In this document: positions 27,591 through 37,808 of the stretch, in pieces
Layout: each line of letters starts with the position of its first letter
Numbering within the stretch: position 1 is the stretch's first letter
Source: a virus
DNA length: 64,000 nt
Direction: 5' to 3' (one strand)
IMG/VR virus record: IMGVR_UViG_3300009129_001089
The notes under the pieces: model-generated
Databases searched by the model: none
What the model saw: the letters and a program-made list of their open reading frames with translations, nothing else
Told to the model about the DNA's origin: nothing
Translations under genes and position numbers: made by a program

Positions 27591-28346
27591 TTATTTATCT
27601 TCAATATACTCTGTTAATTCGTAAATCTTGCCATTAGGGCCGGAAAGAAGGTATTTTCCTGATCTTTTATCAAGTGATGCCATGCCCATTTTATCATTAT
27701 AATTAAATGCTATTATAGTTCGTTGGCCGGGCCCTTTAAATGGATATGCTATATGCCCAATAGATGCTGGAAACAATATTACTAATCCTGGTTCAGGTTG
27801 TACATAATATGAATGATTTATTTCTAAAGTATGCTCATCATAAATTCCGTTACTTAATAAATGTAACATACCATCAGGAAATGTCTCTGGTTTAATACTA
27901 TCGGGTACTTCTAAAAATAAAACTGCCGATAACGCACATTGGGGATGAGTATGCCATGCTTGATAATCTCCTTCTTTATATCGTACAGTCCATAAATTTG
28001 TAACTTCAAATTCTCTACTTTTAATCCAATTAGCCGTACCCATATTATGATGCATATCTACATATAATTTTGCGAGGTTTTCTAAAAATTTAGTAACTTC
28101 ACCTCGAACTTTAATCCATTCGTCATCTTCGTATGCATTCCAAGTTGTAAGATCATTCATCTTTATATTACGTTGATATGCATTATATGATGATGTATTA
28201 CCTATTTGATTTGTTATATTTTCTTCTTCAGTTATTTTATCCGGCATTCGGTTGTTTAATTCTAAGAAATATTTAAACACCGGTTCATCAGATATGTTAA
28301 AAGCGGAAATATGTGTATGGAATATATTACGAGGTTGTATTTTCAT
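27591..28346 (-). CDS. 2OG-Fe(II) oxygenase (TIGR02466-like)
   Basis: GDYQAWHTH, LSAVLFL, FPASIGH.AYPF, RTIIAFN. Confidence 0.82.
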   Translation of the reverse strand: MKIQPRNIFHTHISAFNISDEPVFKYFLELNNRMPDKITEEENITNQIGNTSSYNAYQRNIKMNDLTTWNAYEDDEWIKVRGEVTKFLENLAKLYVDMHHNMGTANWIKSREFEVTNLWTVRYKEGDYQAWHTHPQCALSAVLFLEVPDSIKPETFPDGMLHLLSNGIYDEHTLEINHSYYVQPEPGLVILFPASIGHIAYPFKGPGQRTIIAFNYNDKMGMASLDKRSGKYLLSGPNGKIYELTEYIEDK

Positions 28347-29473
28347 TTTAATATCATTACTTGAGTTCTCATAGGTAAATCCATGTATCCTTTTGGAAAA
28401 TTAAATTTATGAAAATATTCTCCCGGAAATAAAATACATTTATTTATTTTGCCAGGTATAGATTGAATTAAATCATATTCTGTTAATGTATGCTGTTCGT
28501 CCCATACCGAATCACTTAGTTGTTTATTTGTTTTAAATTTATCTGTTTCTGTTAGTTGACCATAATGCCACGATTCGTAATAAAATAATTGTGATATTAT
28601 TTCTTCTTTTTTTAATTCGTCTTGGGTTATTTTATATCTTTCATGATCAGAAACCTTCATAGGTTTATGTTTCCAAAATTGAATTTCAGGGATTTCCTTC
28701 CATTGAGGATCGGTATTAAAATCTAAAAATATAAAACATACAAAACTATTTTCGGGTAACCATTGGGGCCTATTAGGATGATTTTGTAATTTTAATCTTT
28801 TAGATGTTGGCAAATAATTATAAAAAAAATATGATTTTTTTAAAGCCCCCGGATATATAGGTCGTTCTGCAGAAATAATGTCTAACTCGGTAGCACTATC
28901 ATAAAGTCTTTGCTTACATTGTTCACGTTCTTTATTCCAAGAATGACATTTATCTATTTCCTCGGGAGGGACAAGCATACTATCTAAAAGATGTTTCTCG
29001 CCTTTTTCAAAAAGTTCATCCCAACATGCCGTCAAAACATTATCATGATGTGAATTATATGCATCAACATGCATTTCATAATCCCAATATGTAGAACTAA
29101 TACATTGGCTTTCAACACTAGTAACATCTTTATCATACACTTCTTTAATGATAGGTTTAAGTGTGTCTAATGTATTATAATCTGGAAAAATATCCGACAC
29201 AGTTCCAGCTGGACCGACAGGTAACAATCGAGGATATAATCTATCTCTTGTTTCAGGTTTTAAAGTTAATCGTTTTTCTATTTCTTTAAGAACTTTTTTA
29301 GATTCTTCTGAATTATCTAAATAATCGTTATTATATTTCCAATAATCAGATTCTTGAGTATGATCTGGACACATGGATCTTAATTCTTTTAAATCTTCAT
29401 AAAAATCTTCAAAAGATAATGCTATATTGTCACCAATAACATGTCGAGTATAATTAGTTGTTTTTATTTTCAT
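28343..29473 (-). CDS. Divergent oxygenase-like (DUF6445-like) protein
   Basis: EDFYED, FIFL, FWKHK, NKCILFPGEYFH, RTQ; no clear proximal HxD. Confidence 0.5.
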   Translation of the reverse strand: MKIKTTNYTRHVIGDNIALSFEDFYEDLKELRSMCPDHTQESDYWKYNNDYLDNSEESKKVLKEIEKRLTLKPETRDRLYPRLLPVGPAGTVSDIFPDYNTLDTLKPIIKEVYDKDVTSVESQCISSTYWDYEMHVDAYNSHHDNVLTACWDELFEKGEKHLLDSMLVPPEEIDKCHSWNKEREQCKQRLYDSATELDIISAERPIYPGALKKSYFFYNYLPTSKRLKLQNHPNRPQWLPENSFVCFIFLDFNTDPQWKEIPEIQFWKHKPMKVSDHERYKITQDELKKEEIISQLFYYESWHYGQLTETDKFKTNKQLSDSVWDEQHTLTEYDLIQSIPGKINKCILFPGEYFHKFNFPKGYMDLPMRTQVMILK

Positions 29474-30029
29474 AAGGTAGTTTTTCTATTTTTCTATAAT
29501 TTCTACATCTTCCGAATTCATGTATTGCCATTCCACCAATTCGTCTAAATTGGATATTGGGAAAGGAATGAAAGGTCCAGAGAAGTTGTCTTGTGGTAGC
29601 AGATTCCACTGAGAAGTGGCGTTCTGAGCCTCTACTACAATAATGGAGAGATCCTTCGTAGATATTTCTGTATTCTTCTTCTCCGCCAATGTCAAATCCT
29701 ATAAGATATATTATATTTGGTAATTGCGTTGCGGCATAATAACATGCTAATGCTCCACAATTCCATTTTTTCCATTTATTATTTGTTTCGATATGTGTCG
29801 CCGAAGGACAACTATATTTATTCGGTGAAATTACTGTATGTGCTTTTGAATAACCACTTACATGAATTTCATTGCACATTCTATCATCAACACAAAAAAG
29901 AATGTCAGGTTGAAATTCTCTATATATTGCATTACATCCGTATACTATATAATCTTTTTTTAGTTGCCAAAGATCTATATTTTTTCTACTAACACCATTT
30001 CCGACAACTATAATATCATACTGTTTCAA
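29454..30029 (-). CDS. Rossmann-like transferase (DUF115/GT29-like)
   Basis: VVGNGVSR, YGCNAIYR, VD, IYLIGFD. Confidence 0.6.
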   Translation of the reverse strand: MKQYDIIVVGNGVSRKNIDLWQLKKDYIVYGCNAIYREFQPDILFCVDDRMCNEIHVSGYSKAHTVISPNKYSCPSATHIETNNKWKKWNCGALACYYAATQLPNIIYLIGFDIGGEEEYRNIYEGSLHYCSRGSERHFSVESATTRQLLWTFHSFPNIQFRRIGGMAIHEFGRCRNYRKIEKLPYENKNN

Positions 30030-30324
30030 TTTCGACGTTTAGAGGATGGCCTTTAGATCTTGCCAAATGAGTAGTTTCTAATGCTTTTTGTTCGGCTATT
30101 TCATAAAAAAACACACCAGCAGTTCCTTTACCTTTTTCATGAATATCTATCATTATCTTTTCTGCGGCTTCTTTTGAATGATGAAAAATAGCCATTAATG
30201 CTTCTACAACAAATTCCATTGGTGTAAAATTATCATTAATAAAAATGACTTGATATTTTTCGGGTTCTTTTAAATTTTGAACTGTTTTTGTATCTTTTTC
30301 AACTATAGTTTCAACATCAGGCAT
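30016..30324 (-). CDS. clpS: ClpS N-end-rule adaptor
   Basis: YQVIFINDNFTPMEFVV, IHEKGKG, EIAEQK, HPL. Confidence 0.93.
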   Translation of the reverse strand: MPDVETIVEKDTKTVQNLKEPEKYQVIFINDNFTPMEFVVEALMAIFHHSKEAAEKIMIDIHEKGKGTAGVFFYEIAEQKALETTHLARSKGHPLNVEIETV

Positions 30325-30357
30325 GAGCAAACCTTTTTTTATATTTAGTTAATATGA

Positions 30358-30383
30358 ATGCGGTGCCAGTTTTGACACCGCAT
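30358..30383 (-). terminator. Stem-loop downstream of hsp20
   Basis: ATGCGGTGTCA-AAAC-TGGCACCGCAT hairpin; weak U-tail. Confidence 0.6.
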
Positions 30384-30393
30384 ATAAAGTTGC

Positions 30394-30855
30394 TTAATTA
30401 ACCGTGATAGGAATTACCTTAGGCTTTTCTTCCTCAGGAATTTCCTGTTCTAAATCAATAGTCAACATGCCATTTTTAAGGGTTGCATCCTTAACTAGCA
30501 CATGTGGACCTAAACGAAAAGTTCGCTCAAAAGAACGGTTAGCAATACCACGATGAGCAAAATGATCTTTGTCATCATTTTCTTTACTTTCAATTTTACC
30601 TTTAACTGTAAGATTGCGTTCTTTTTGTGAAACTTCTATATCATCTTCACCAAAGCCAGCAATGGCCATTGAAATTACCCATTTACCGTCATCAAGTTGC
30701 TCGATGTTGTAGGGTGGATACCCTGTAGACGAACCTGTATATGTGTTAGAAAACTGCTCTAAGTCTCTAAACATACGGTCCATTCCAACCGTAAACGGTG
30801 TTAGTGAAGTAATGAAATCGCTAAGATTTTCGGTTGTGAGGTGTCTATGTGTCAT
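30394..30855 (-). CDS. Small heat shock protein (Hsp20/IbpA family)
   Basis: YPPYNIE, AIAGF, HRGIANRSFER, NGMLTIDL, PEEEKP; start ATG 30855 after AAGGAGA. Confidence 0.93.
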   Translation of the reverse strand: MTHRHLTTENLSDFITSLTPFTVGMDRMFRDLEQFSNTYTGSSTGYPPYNIEQLDDGKWVISMAIAGFGEDDIEVSQKERNLTVKGKIESKENDDKDHFAHRGIANRSFERTFRLGPHVLVKDATLKNGMLTIDLEQEIPEEEKPKVIPITVN

Positions 30856-30914
30856 AATTTTCTCCTTTTTTATAAGCAAGACAGAGTTAGATTAACCCAT
30901 TATGGCATTAATCT
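30853..30914 (-). promoter_or_regulatory. ROSE-like RNA thermometer in the hsp20 5' UTR
   Basis: UCUUGCUU-AUAAAA-AAGGAGA pairs over the SD with a bulged G; upstream hairpin 30889-30914. Confidence 0.65.
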
Positions 30915-30936
30915 TCTCCTCATATTATTTATCACT

Positions 30937-30965
30937 ATTATAACATGGTATAATGATAAAGTCAA
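30937..30965 (-). promoter_or_regulatory. Sigma70-type promoter TTGACT-17-TATAAT, followed by GATAAATA
   Basis: Minus strand ttgact-ttatcattataccatgt-tataat. Confidence 0.8.
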
Positions 30966-31174
30966 TAATTTTTTATTCTACCTTCATATAATTTTTCCAA
31001 GTTTCGTTCTATACGACGAATTGCTTGAGCTTTAAGTCTGCGCCTTTTCTTTGACGGTTTTTCATAGGATTGTCGGTCCCTACATTCTTTTAACGTGCCT
31101 TCGGCATTAATTTTTTTCTTTAATAATTTAATTGCTTTTTCTGCATTATTATTTCTTACTTCAATTGTTAACAT
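30962..31174 (-). CDS. rpsU: Ribosomal protein bS21
   Basis: IEVRNNNAEKAIKLLKKK..EG..E..RQSYEKPS.KRR. Confidence 0.88.
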   Translation of the reverse strand: MLTIEVRNNNAEKAIKLLKKKINAEGTLKECRDRQSYEKPSKKRRRLKAQAIRRIERNLEKLYEGRIKNY

Positions 31175-31716
31175 TTTAAAATTGCTACGATACTTGAACC
31201 GACAAATTTAGGCTCTGAAAGGAAATCTGTTTTCAAACTTTTCGATAATCGTTCAAAAAGTTCTAATCCGTGCTCTTTGTATATATACCGTTCGCGACCT
31301 TTAAATCGAACTACAATTTTTACTTGATCACCTTTATCTAAAAACTTTTTAATTTTGTTTGCTTTAACTTCAAAATCATGGTTATCAATTTTTGGTCTAA
31401 ATTGCATTTCTTTTAACTCAGTCCGAGTTGCACGAGCATTTTTTGCTAGAGCTTTCTTCCTTTGTTGTTCTTTATATACGTATTTATTTAAATCCACAAT
31501 TTTTGCAACCGGTGGATCTGCTTTTTCAGATACAACTACAACCTCTAATTCCCGTTCACGAGCAATTGATATGGCTTTTCTAGTCTCCATAACTCCCAAT
31601 TGTTCGCCCTTTTCATCTATAAGCCGTAACATAGGGTGGCTTATATAATTACTTCGTCTGTTGTTTTTTCCCGTAAACGAGGAATGGTTCCTGTTGTTTC
31701 GTGATCGTGTCTTCAT
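31168..31716 (-). CDS. infC: Translation initiation factor IF3
   Basis: [47 protein letters not shown]. Confidence 0.92.
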   Translation of the reverse strand: MKTRSRNNRNHSSFTGKNNRRSNYISHPMLRLIDEKGEQLGVMETRKAISIARERELEVVVVSEKADPPVAKIVDLNKYVYKEQQRKKALAKNARATRTELKEMQFRPKIDNHDFEVKANKIKKFLDKGDQVKIVVRFKGRERYIYKEHGLELFERLSKSLKTDFLSEPKFVGSSIVAILKC

Positions 31717-32881
31717 TTATAACTACCTTTTCTATGCCTTTCTTTTCGTATGTTGGTAAGTTAAATTGCACATCTAATAATGCATTTTCTATAACTGATC
31801 GCAATCCTCTTGCGCCGACTTTTGTATCATTACAAATTTTAACTATTTCTTCACATGCTTTATCTGTAAATTCTAATTTAACATTATCCATTTCAAATAT
31901 TCGTTTAAATTGTTTAATAATGCTATTTTTAGGTTCTTGTAATACTTGTATTAACTGTTTTTTTGTAAGTTCTTTTAAACCTACACGTACAGGTACTCTA
32001 CCTACTAATTCAGGTATCATGCCATACTCAACTAAATCGTCTGGTTCTACTCGATTAAAATAATTTGTGTCATCTTGTTGTTCATCTATTATTGCTCCAA
32101 ATCCTATCGATTTTGTTTTGTTTAATCGTTTTTTAATATGCTTTTCTAAATCTATAAATGCTCCTCCTAATATAAACAATATGTTTTTAGTATCAACTTC
32201 TACTATTTCAGATTGAGGATGCTTTCTTCCACCTGCTGGGGGTACACGAACTTCGGTGCCTTCTATCATTTTTAACAATGCTTGTTGGACTCCTTCGCCG
32301 CTTACATCTCTCGTAATACTTGCAGATTCAGATTTTCGTCCTTTTTTATCTATTTCATCAACATATACAATACCTTTTTCTGCCCTATCAATATCATATT
32401 CTGCATTATGCAATAGTTTAGTTATTAAATTTTCTACATCATCGCCTACATATCCTGCTTCTGTTACTGTAGTTGCATCGGCTATTGCAAATGGCACATC
32501 TAATATTTTTGCTACTGTACTTGCCATTAATGTTTTACCACAGCCAGACGGACCTAATAACAGTACATTAGATTTATCCAATTCTATGTCTGATGCTATA
32601 TGATTAATTCGTTTATAATGATTATATACTGCTACTGATAAGACTTTTTTTGCTTCGTGTTGACCAATGACAAATTCATTTAAATGGTCGTAAATTGCTT
32701 GTGGGGTGTAAACATAATGTTCATTAATTTCACTTTCTTCTTCACTAATAATATCAAAGGAAAGTTTAATACATTCGTCGCATATAAAAGCGCCGTTGTC
32801 AGGACCTTGAATTAATTTTTTAACTTCTTCTCGAGTTTTATTACAAAAACTACAGATAAAGTTTTTAGTGTTCGGGTTCAT
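31649..32881 (-). CDS. clpX: ClpX AAA+ unfoldase
   Basis: CSFC/CDEC zinc domain, [38 protein letters not shown] loop, GARGLR. Confidence 0.97.
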   Translation of the reverse strand: MNPNTKNFICSFCNKTREEVKKLIQGPDNGAFICDECIKLSFDIISEEESEINEHYVYTPQAIYDHLNEFVIGQHEAKKVLSVAVYNHYKRINHIASDIELDKSNVLLLGPSGCGKTLMASTVAKILDVPFAIADATTVTEAGYVGDDVENLITKLLHNAEYDIDRAEKGIVYVDEIDKKGRKSESASITRDVSGEGVQQALLKMIEGTEVRVPPAGGRKHPQSEIVEVDTKNILFILGGAFIDLEKHIKKRLNKTKSIGFGAIIDEQQDDTNYFNRVEPDDLVEYGMIPELVGRVPVRVGLKELTKKQLIQVLQEPKNSIIKQFKRIFEMDNVKLEFTDKACEEIVKICNDTKVGARGLRSVIENALLDVQFNLPTYEKKGIEKVVINEDTITKQQEPFLVYGKKQQTK

Positions 32882-34478
32882 GTGGTGTATTAATCCAACT
32901 CACTTTCTTGCTCTTGCCGGATGCTAAAGATTTTAATAATGACCTTCCTTTACTAACTAATGGTTCTAAAACTGTTTTATTTGTTTTATCAACTAATACT
33001 GGTACTACTTCGTCGTCTTCTTTTTCTAATTCTTTTGCTACTTTTTCTCTTACTTCAGGATCTGCTTTCTCTAATATTTCTTTTATTTCATTTATATTCT
33101 GTTCTGTTTCTTCATCTTTTTCTGGATGAATAATTCCAGCAATTCCTGGTTCAGGTGATCGTGTTGCTTTTCCTATTGCAGGTCTAATATCGTCCCGCTG
33201 AACTTCCTCACTTGCTTCTGAAACGCCAACCTCTTCTTCCTCTTTATGTTCAACAACATCTTCATCAACTCTAACTTCTCGCTCAGGTTCAGGCGGTTCC
33301 GGCTCAGGCTCTGGTTCTGTTTCAGGAATTGGTCTTTCTGGTATATCTTCCTGTTCAATTCTAACATCATTATCGTCTTCCTTTCGCATATTTAAAGGTT
33401 TTAAATCAATATATTGCCGTATAGTCATATTTCCTGCAATAACTAATAATACTGCAAGAGGATCAAAAACAAATATTAATAATAAAATAACTCCTCTAAC
33501 TGCACTATCTAACATACCCGATGCATTATCACCATATATAAATTCTGCAATATATTTTACCGGACCAACTTCTACTTCTAATGCTCTGTATGTTTTTTCT
33601 AAAACCAATTTATCATCCCTAACGCTATCGACTATTACTTGTTCTGCTTCAATAAATCCTTCTAATTCGTTTACACGTTTATCTATATCTTCTGTTTTTA
33701 AATTAGATTGTTCTTTAAGTGTAGCAATACGTTTATTAACTGCATCTACATCAGGTGCATATCTTTTATCTATTTCTAATAAATCTAATTTGAGTTGATC
33801 TTGTATTTTACCAATATCTCTACGAGCAATCCATGCAATGCCTCTTTCACGTTGTCGTATTTTATCTATTTCTTCTTGATTGTCACCTTCACGTTTACTA
33901 ATAAGTGCTATATCATCTTTTGTTCTTTGATCTGAATCTTTTAATTTTTCTTGTTGTATATCAATTGCGCCTTTGGCAGTTAATCTTAATGCTTCTTTTT
34001 CTGTATCAATACGACTGTATAATCGTTGTAGTTGCTCTTCTTCACTAGCAACTATATTATCTACTCTAACGTTTTCGCCTTTGTTTAACCGATCTATTTC
34101 ATCTGTCCAGCGTGTTATTTTTGCATTTGCTCTAACTAACTTGCCTTCATAAACTGTTATTTGGGCAACTTGCTCTTCAGACATTGCAGTTTGTTCTAAG
34201 TGTGCTTTAGATAAAAACCCAAAGATACCCATAGATGTAATAAACATTAAACCTACTACTGCACCTGTAAGATATATTTTAAGAAATCTAGGTACTACCT
34301 TCCAATAATTATAAAGCCAACTTGCTGTAACTAATTTACCTACTTCTAATACTCCGCCCATAATAGCAATTGCCAAAGCGGCTCCACTAAAAATAGCCAT
34401 TAGTCCAACAATAGAATACCAGGCGGCTACTCCTGATATTAATAATGCCGTAAATAGCACAAATAAACCAAATATCAT
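32865..34478 (-). CDS. Membrane-anchored coiled-coil protein
   Basis: 3 N-terminal TM helices, long heptad region, [10 protein letters not shown], further TM, acidic Pro-rich tail. Confidence 0.75.
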   Translation of the reverse strand: MIFGLFVLFTALLISGVAAWYSIVGLMAIFSGAALAIAIMGGVLEVGKLVTASWLYNYWKVVPRFLKIYLTGAVVGLMFITSMGIFGFLSKAHLEQTAMSEEQVAQITVYEGKLVRANAKITRWTDEIDRLNKGENVRVDNIVASEEEQLQRLYSRIDTEKEALRLTAKGAIDIQQEKLKDSDQRTKDDIALISKREGDNQEEIDKIRQRERGIAWIARRDIGKIQDQLKLDLLEIDKRYAPDVDAVNKRIATLKEQSNLKTEDIDKRVNELEGFIEAEQVIVDSVRDDKLVLEKTYRALEVEVGPVKYIAEFIYGDNASGMLDSAVRGVILLLIFVFDPLAVLLVIAGNMTIRQYIDLKPLNMRKEDDNDVRIEQEDIPERPIPETEPEPEPEPPEPEREVRVDEDVVEHKEEEEVGVSEASEEVQRDDIRPAIGKATRSPEPGIAGIIHPEKDEETEQNINEIKEILEKADPEVREKVAKELEKEDDEVVPVLVDKTNKTVLEPLVSKGRSLLKSLASGKSKKVSWINTPHEPEH

Positions 34479-35260
34479 TCCGATAATGCCTCCGTTAGTC
34501 CAATTTTTGTTATAGTTGTATTAAAATCATGCCATGCATCTTCTACTATTTTAGTAGGTGGTAATTTATAATCTAATCCAACTGGGTCTATATCAAAAGA
34601 ATATGAAATTCTGTCTTTTGAAGATTTGTTTACATCTGTTCCGTGTAATGCAACAGAAGGAAATATTACGAACTGCCCCGGCTTTACTTTTATATGAGAT
34701 CTTTCAGCAGGCCCTTTGTTAGGTTCGTATAATAAAAAATGTCCATATGGATCGCCCCTGTCAAACCAAAGATCTCCTTGGTCAGGACTATGAGATGGAT
34801 AATATGCTGAGGCAAACATATGACGAGAATGATTGTGTCCTCTAATTACATCACCTGGTTTTGTTATTGTCGACCAGCATCGTTCTATGTATAACATACA
34901 ATTTTCTGGTGCTTTTAAAGATGCACCTACATACTTTGCATAATCATATGCACATGTCATAATTTTACCTAAAAGTTCCTGAGGAAATCCAGGAAAATTA
35001 TGACACCTATTCATAATCCATGTATGGGCACCAATAAACGATTCTTTATTATCATTATATTTTGTACGGACACCCATTTCGGCACCAGGTATTTCCCAAA
35101 AAGTATCAGCGTGTTCTTGTGAAAATTTATCAAGAGTATATGCCCGTTCCACCAACCATTGGTTTATTGAGTGATGGCAGTCAAGGTCATATACACCTAT
35201 TCTAAACCCAAAGGGTTCATATATTTGTCTTTTTATAATTTGCTTATCGGGTTTGGCCAT
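34475..35260 (-). CDS. 2OG-Fe(II) oxygenase (TIGR02466-like)
   Basis: HNH, ASAYYP, FPSVALH, RISYSFD. Confidence 0.82.
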   Translation of the reverse strand: MAKPDKQIIKRQIYEPFGFRIGVYDLDCHHSINQWLVERAYTLDKFSQEHADTFWEIPGAEMGVRTKYNDNKESFIGAHTWIMNRCHNFPGFPQELLGKIMTCAYDYAKYVGASLKAPENCMLYIERCWSTITKPGDVIRGHNHSRHMFASAYYPSHSPDQGDLWFDRGDPYGHFLLYEPNKGPAERSHIKVKPGQFVIFPSVALHGTDVNKSSKDRISYSFDIDPVGLDYKLPPTKIVEDAWHDFNTTITKIGLTEALSE

Positions 35261-35263
35261 ATA

Positions 35264-35986
35264 TTATGGATGACTATGTGTCGCATTTTGAATAGTCTCG
35301 GTACAGCCCATTTTTCCATATAATGTGGCTACATCCGTATCTAAAACAGGACATGTAATTTCTTTTCGTTGGTAATAAAGTTTATTTTCAGTACCTGCTG
35401 TTATTTTTTTAGGATAATAAACATGTCTAAGTTGGGAAGTTGAAACGCCATTGAACGATATTCCTTCGGCGGCTAATCTTTTTACTGCTAATGCTCCGGC
35501 AGTATATGTTGAATCTGGGTGTGTTGGTTGTTTTGCATATGTTACTGTAAATGTACTTGATGCTGTAGGAACACCTGTGCCTGCAGGTAATGTTTCACTA
35601 TCGATTTCAAAACGTACAATTTCTTCTGTTTCTCCTAGTCTAGCAAGCATATTATGAAAACGCATATTACTTCGTTCTATTGCTTCTGCTTTAGCATCTG
35701 TGCTAATATTAGCTGAAGTATATGCAGAACTATCTGCACTTGCAACTGTTCCATTTGTGCTGGAGGCAGTCATAGATCCAGTAGTAATAGCATATTCATA
35801 TAATTTAGGAGTAGCGGCACCATCAGCATTTGAATTAGAAATATTTGTAGTACTATTAACTGTTAGCGGATCATTTAAAAAAGTTGCACCTGCATGGTTT
35901 TCTCCGGACCCATTTGTTTTACCTTGGGTAGAAGATCCATCTGATCCGTATGCTGGGCTTGTTATTGTAAATCGTTCTTGTGACAT
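35264..35986 (-). CDS. Thr/Ser-rich hypothetical protein, possibly virion-associated
   Basis: Composition; AGGAG RBS. Confidence 0.6.
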   Translation of the reverse strand: MSQERFTITSPAYGSDGSSTQGKTNGSGENHAGATFLNDPLTVNSTTNISNSNADGAATPKLYEYAITTGSMTASSTNGTVASADSSAYTSANISTDAKAEAIERSNMRFHNMLARLGETEEIVRFEIDSETLPAGTGVPTASSTFTVTYAKQPTHPDSTYTAGALAVKRLAAEGISFNGVSTSQLRHVYYPKKITAGTENKLYYQRKEITCPVLDTDVATLYGKMGCTETIQNATHSHP

Positions 35987-36008
35987 TTATAACTCCTAAG
36001 TGTTTTAA

Positions 36009-36368
36009 TTATTTATCTTCATTTGTTGGATAAGGGGTAGCAAATCCTTCTTTTATAATTAAGTCATTTATGTTTGTAAGTTCGCCATGTTCTTCTTTAA
36101 CAAAAATAGTTCCTAATATTCTTCCAACTTTACCTCGTTTATTTAACATTGTTCGTACTACAATTTCCTTAGGTAAAATTTCTATTAATCTATTCTTTGA
36201 TGCTAATCCCTTTTCTCGTTCTACACTATCATGTGATTTAGGATCGGGAGCATTAACACCAAATAGTTTGATACGTTGGCCAATATGGACTTGAAATCCC
36301 ATATCAATATCGGCATCAATAGTACCCCCATCTATAACTCTTACAAGTCGTGCTTTGTATTCGTACAT
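36009..36368 (-). CDS. Thermonuclease (SNase)-fold protein with substituted catalytic acids
   Basis: RVIDGGTID.DIDMGF, RIKLFGVNAPD, GRILG. Confidence 0.75.
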   Translation of the reverse strand: MYEYKARLVRVIDGGTIDADIDMGFQVHIGQRIKLFGVNAPDPKSHDSVEREKGLASKNRLIEILPKEIVVRTMLNKRGKVGRILGTIFVKEEHGELTNINDLIIKEGFATPYPTNEDK

Positions 36369-36381
36369 GCATAATCCTCTT

Positions 36382-37059
36382 TTAATCTAAATTTTCTATA
36401 TACTTTAAAATTTTATTAATTAAATTTCGCATAGTTTTATTATCTGTATCTTCAAAACTAGAAAGATACGCAACGAAATTTATGCTATCTTTTAGAATAC
36501 TTAAATCACCCGTTCTAAATGCATTTATGATAGTTTCTTTATCATGCCGACGTAACAATTCACTTGCTATATTGTACGAAAAAGCTTCTACTTCGTCGGG
36601 TTTTCCTAAATAATCTCTTTCTGCCTTGCCTTTTTCAGGTCCTGTATATTCAGAGCCTGGATGGCGTAATTTTCTTTTTCTTGCCTGTCTTTGATGAATT
36701 CTTTCGTGTCCTATTGCATCATTAATTCTAACAACCAATTCATCAAAACCTTCTTTAGAGAAACTATAAGTTCTCTGTCTATTATTAAACAACAAATCTA
36801 AATTTGTTGCATAATGATCTGGATCATTCCATTTATCAACACTTTGGGAATAACCAGCATTCATATTTATTTCATCCTTAGGTACGTTAGATGTGTTTGT
36901 AAATTCAACCTCAACTCTATATGGTTCTAACGCATCTTGGACAATACTAGTTAATTTATATTTGTCTAATCGTTGCCCTACTATTTCTGGCTCCATACTT
37001 TTTAATGAAGCCAGTAATTTTTTATGTGCATACGGTTTTGTTACTTCATATATAAACAT
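36382..37059 (-). CDS. HExxH-motif (zincin-like) protein
   Basis: GHERIHQRQ and Y....DEVEAF. Confidence 0.6.
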   Translation of the reverse strand: MFIYEVTKPYAHKKLLASLKSMEPEIVGQRLDKYKLTSIVQDALEPYRVEVEFTNTSNVPKDEINMNAGYSQSVDKWNDPDHYATNLDLLFNNRQRTYSFSKEGFDELVVRINDAIGHERIHQRQARKRKLRHPGSEYTGPEKGKAERDYLGKPDEVEAFSYNIASELLRRHDKETIINAFRTGDLSILKDSINFVAYLSSFEDTDNKTMRNLINKILKYIENLD

Positions 37060-37067
37060 ACAAATAT

Positions 37068-37691
37068 TTATCGTGATGCGAGTAGTTTAGGATTCTCCCA
37101 TCTATAGAATAAATGTGTATCTATTGTTACCGTTTTAACAAAATTTTTACGTTTTGACCATCGAGGAAACTTCTCCATCCAACCTGCATGATAATGAGTT
37201 GCTCCTTCGGTAAAATCAATAATCATCATCGAGCGTTTAAGAAAATATTCTGATAAGGCCAATGAATATGCCCAGGCTTTTTTATTTTTTGGTTCATCTA
37301 ATTTTCCATCGCAATACCAACTAAATTGACAGCGGTCTCTAAAAGGATAATATTTTTTCTTTTTCTCATTGTAATAATGTTTTCCTTCATGAACTACTTT
37401 ACAAATAGAAGCAGGAAATCTTTTATCTGCAACTCTATTCATTGTAACCAATATTACCGCAATCTTTCCTGATAAACTTTCATTCCTTGCTTCATGATAA
37501 ATGTTCATAGCAAGACATTCTACTTGTTCTTTTGAGAACACCATAAACGTATTTCTAAATTTTGGTTCTGTATGTTGTTCAATTTGCTTTGTGGCTTTTG
37601 ATATCTCGCCCTGGATTCCTAACGCCATTCCACCTAAAAAAAGATATGACAAGGCGGTTAGTATAATTTTTTTCATACTATTATTCCTCAC
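37068..37691 (-). CDS. Cell wall hydrolase (SleB/Hydrolase_2)
   Basis: CLAMNIYHEARNE, NRV, CQFSWYCDG, GATHYHA, HLFY; N-terminal signal. Confidence 0.9.
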   Translation of the reverse strand: MRNNSMKKIILTALSYLFLGGMALGIQGEISKATKQIEQHTEPKFRNTFMVFSKEQVECLAMNIYHEARNESLSGKIAVILVTMNRVADKRFPASICKVVHEGKHYYNEKKKKYYPFRDRCQFSWYCDGKLDEPKNKKAWAYSLALSEYFLKRSMMIIDFTEGATHYHAGWMEKFPRWSKRKNFVKTVTIDTHLFYRWENPKLLASR

Positions 37692-37754
37692 TAAATTTTA
37701 AATATTAAATTATTTTTTTTGTCATTGGTGTAAACCTCAAATTCGTAAAAGGAA

Positions 37755-37790
37755 TCCCTGCCTAGGATCATTCGTGAAATAAGACAGGGA
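37755..37790 (-). terminator. Large-loop hairpin followed by a U-rich tract
   Basis: TCCCTGTCT...AGGCAGGGA then TTCCTTTT. Confidence 0.4.
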
Positions 37791-37808
37791 CTAGTTTAGA
37801 ATTCCTCG

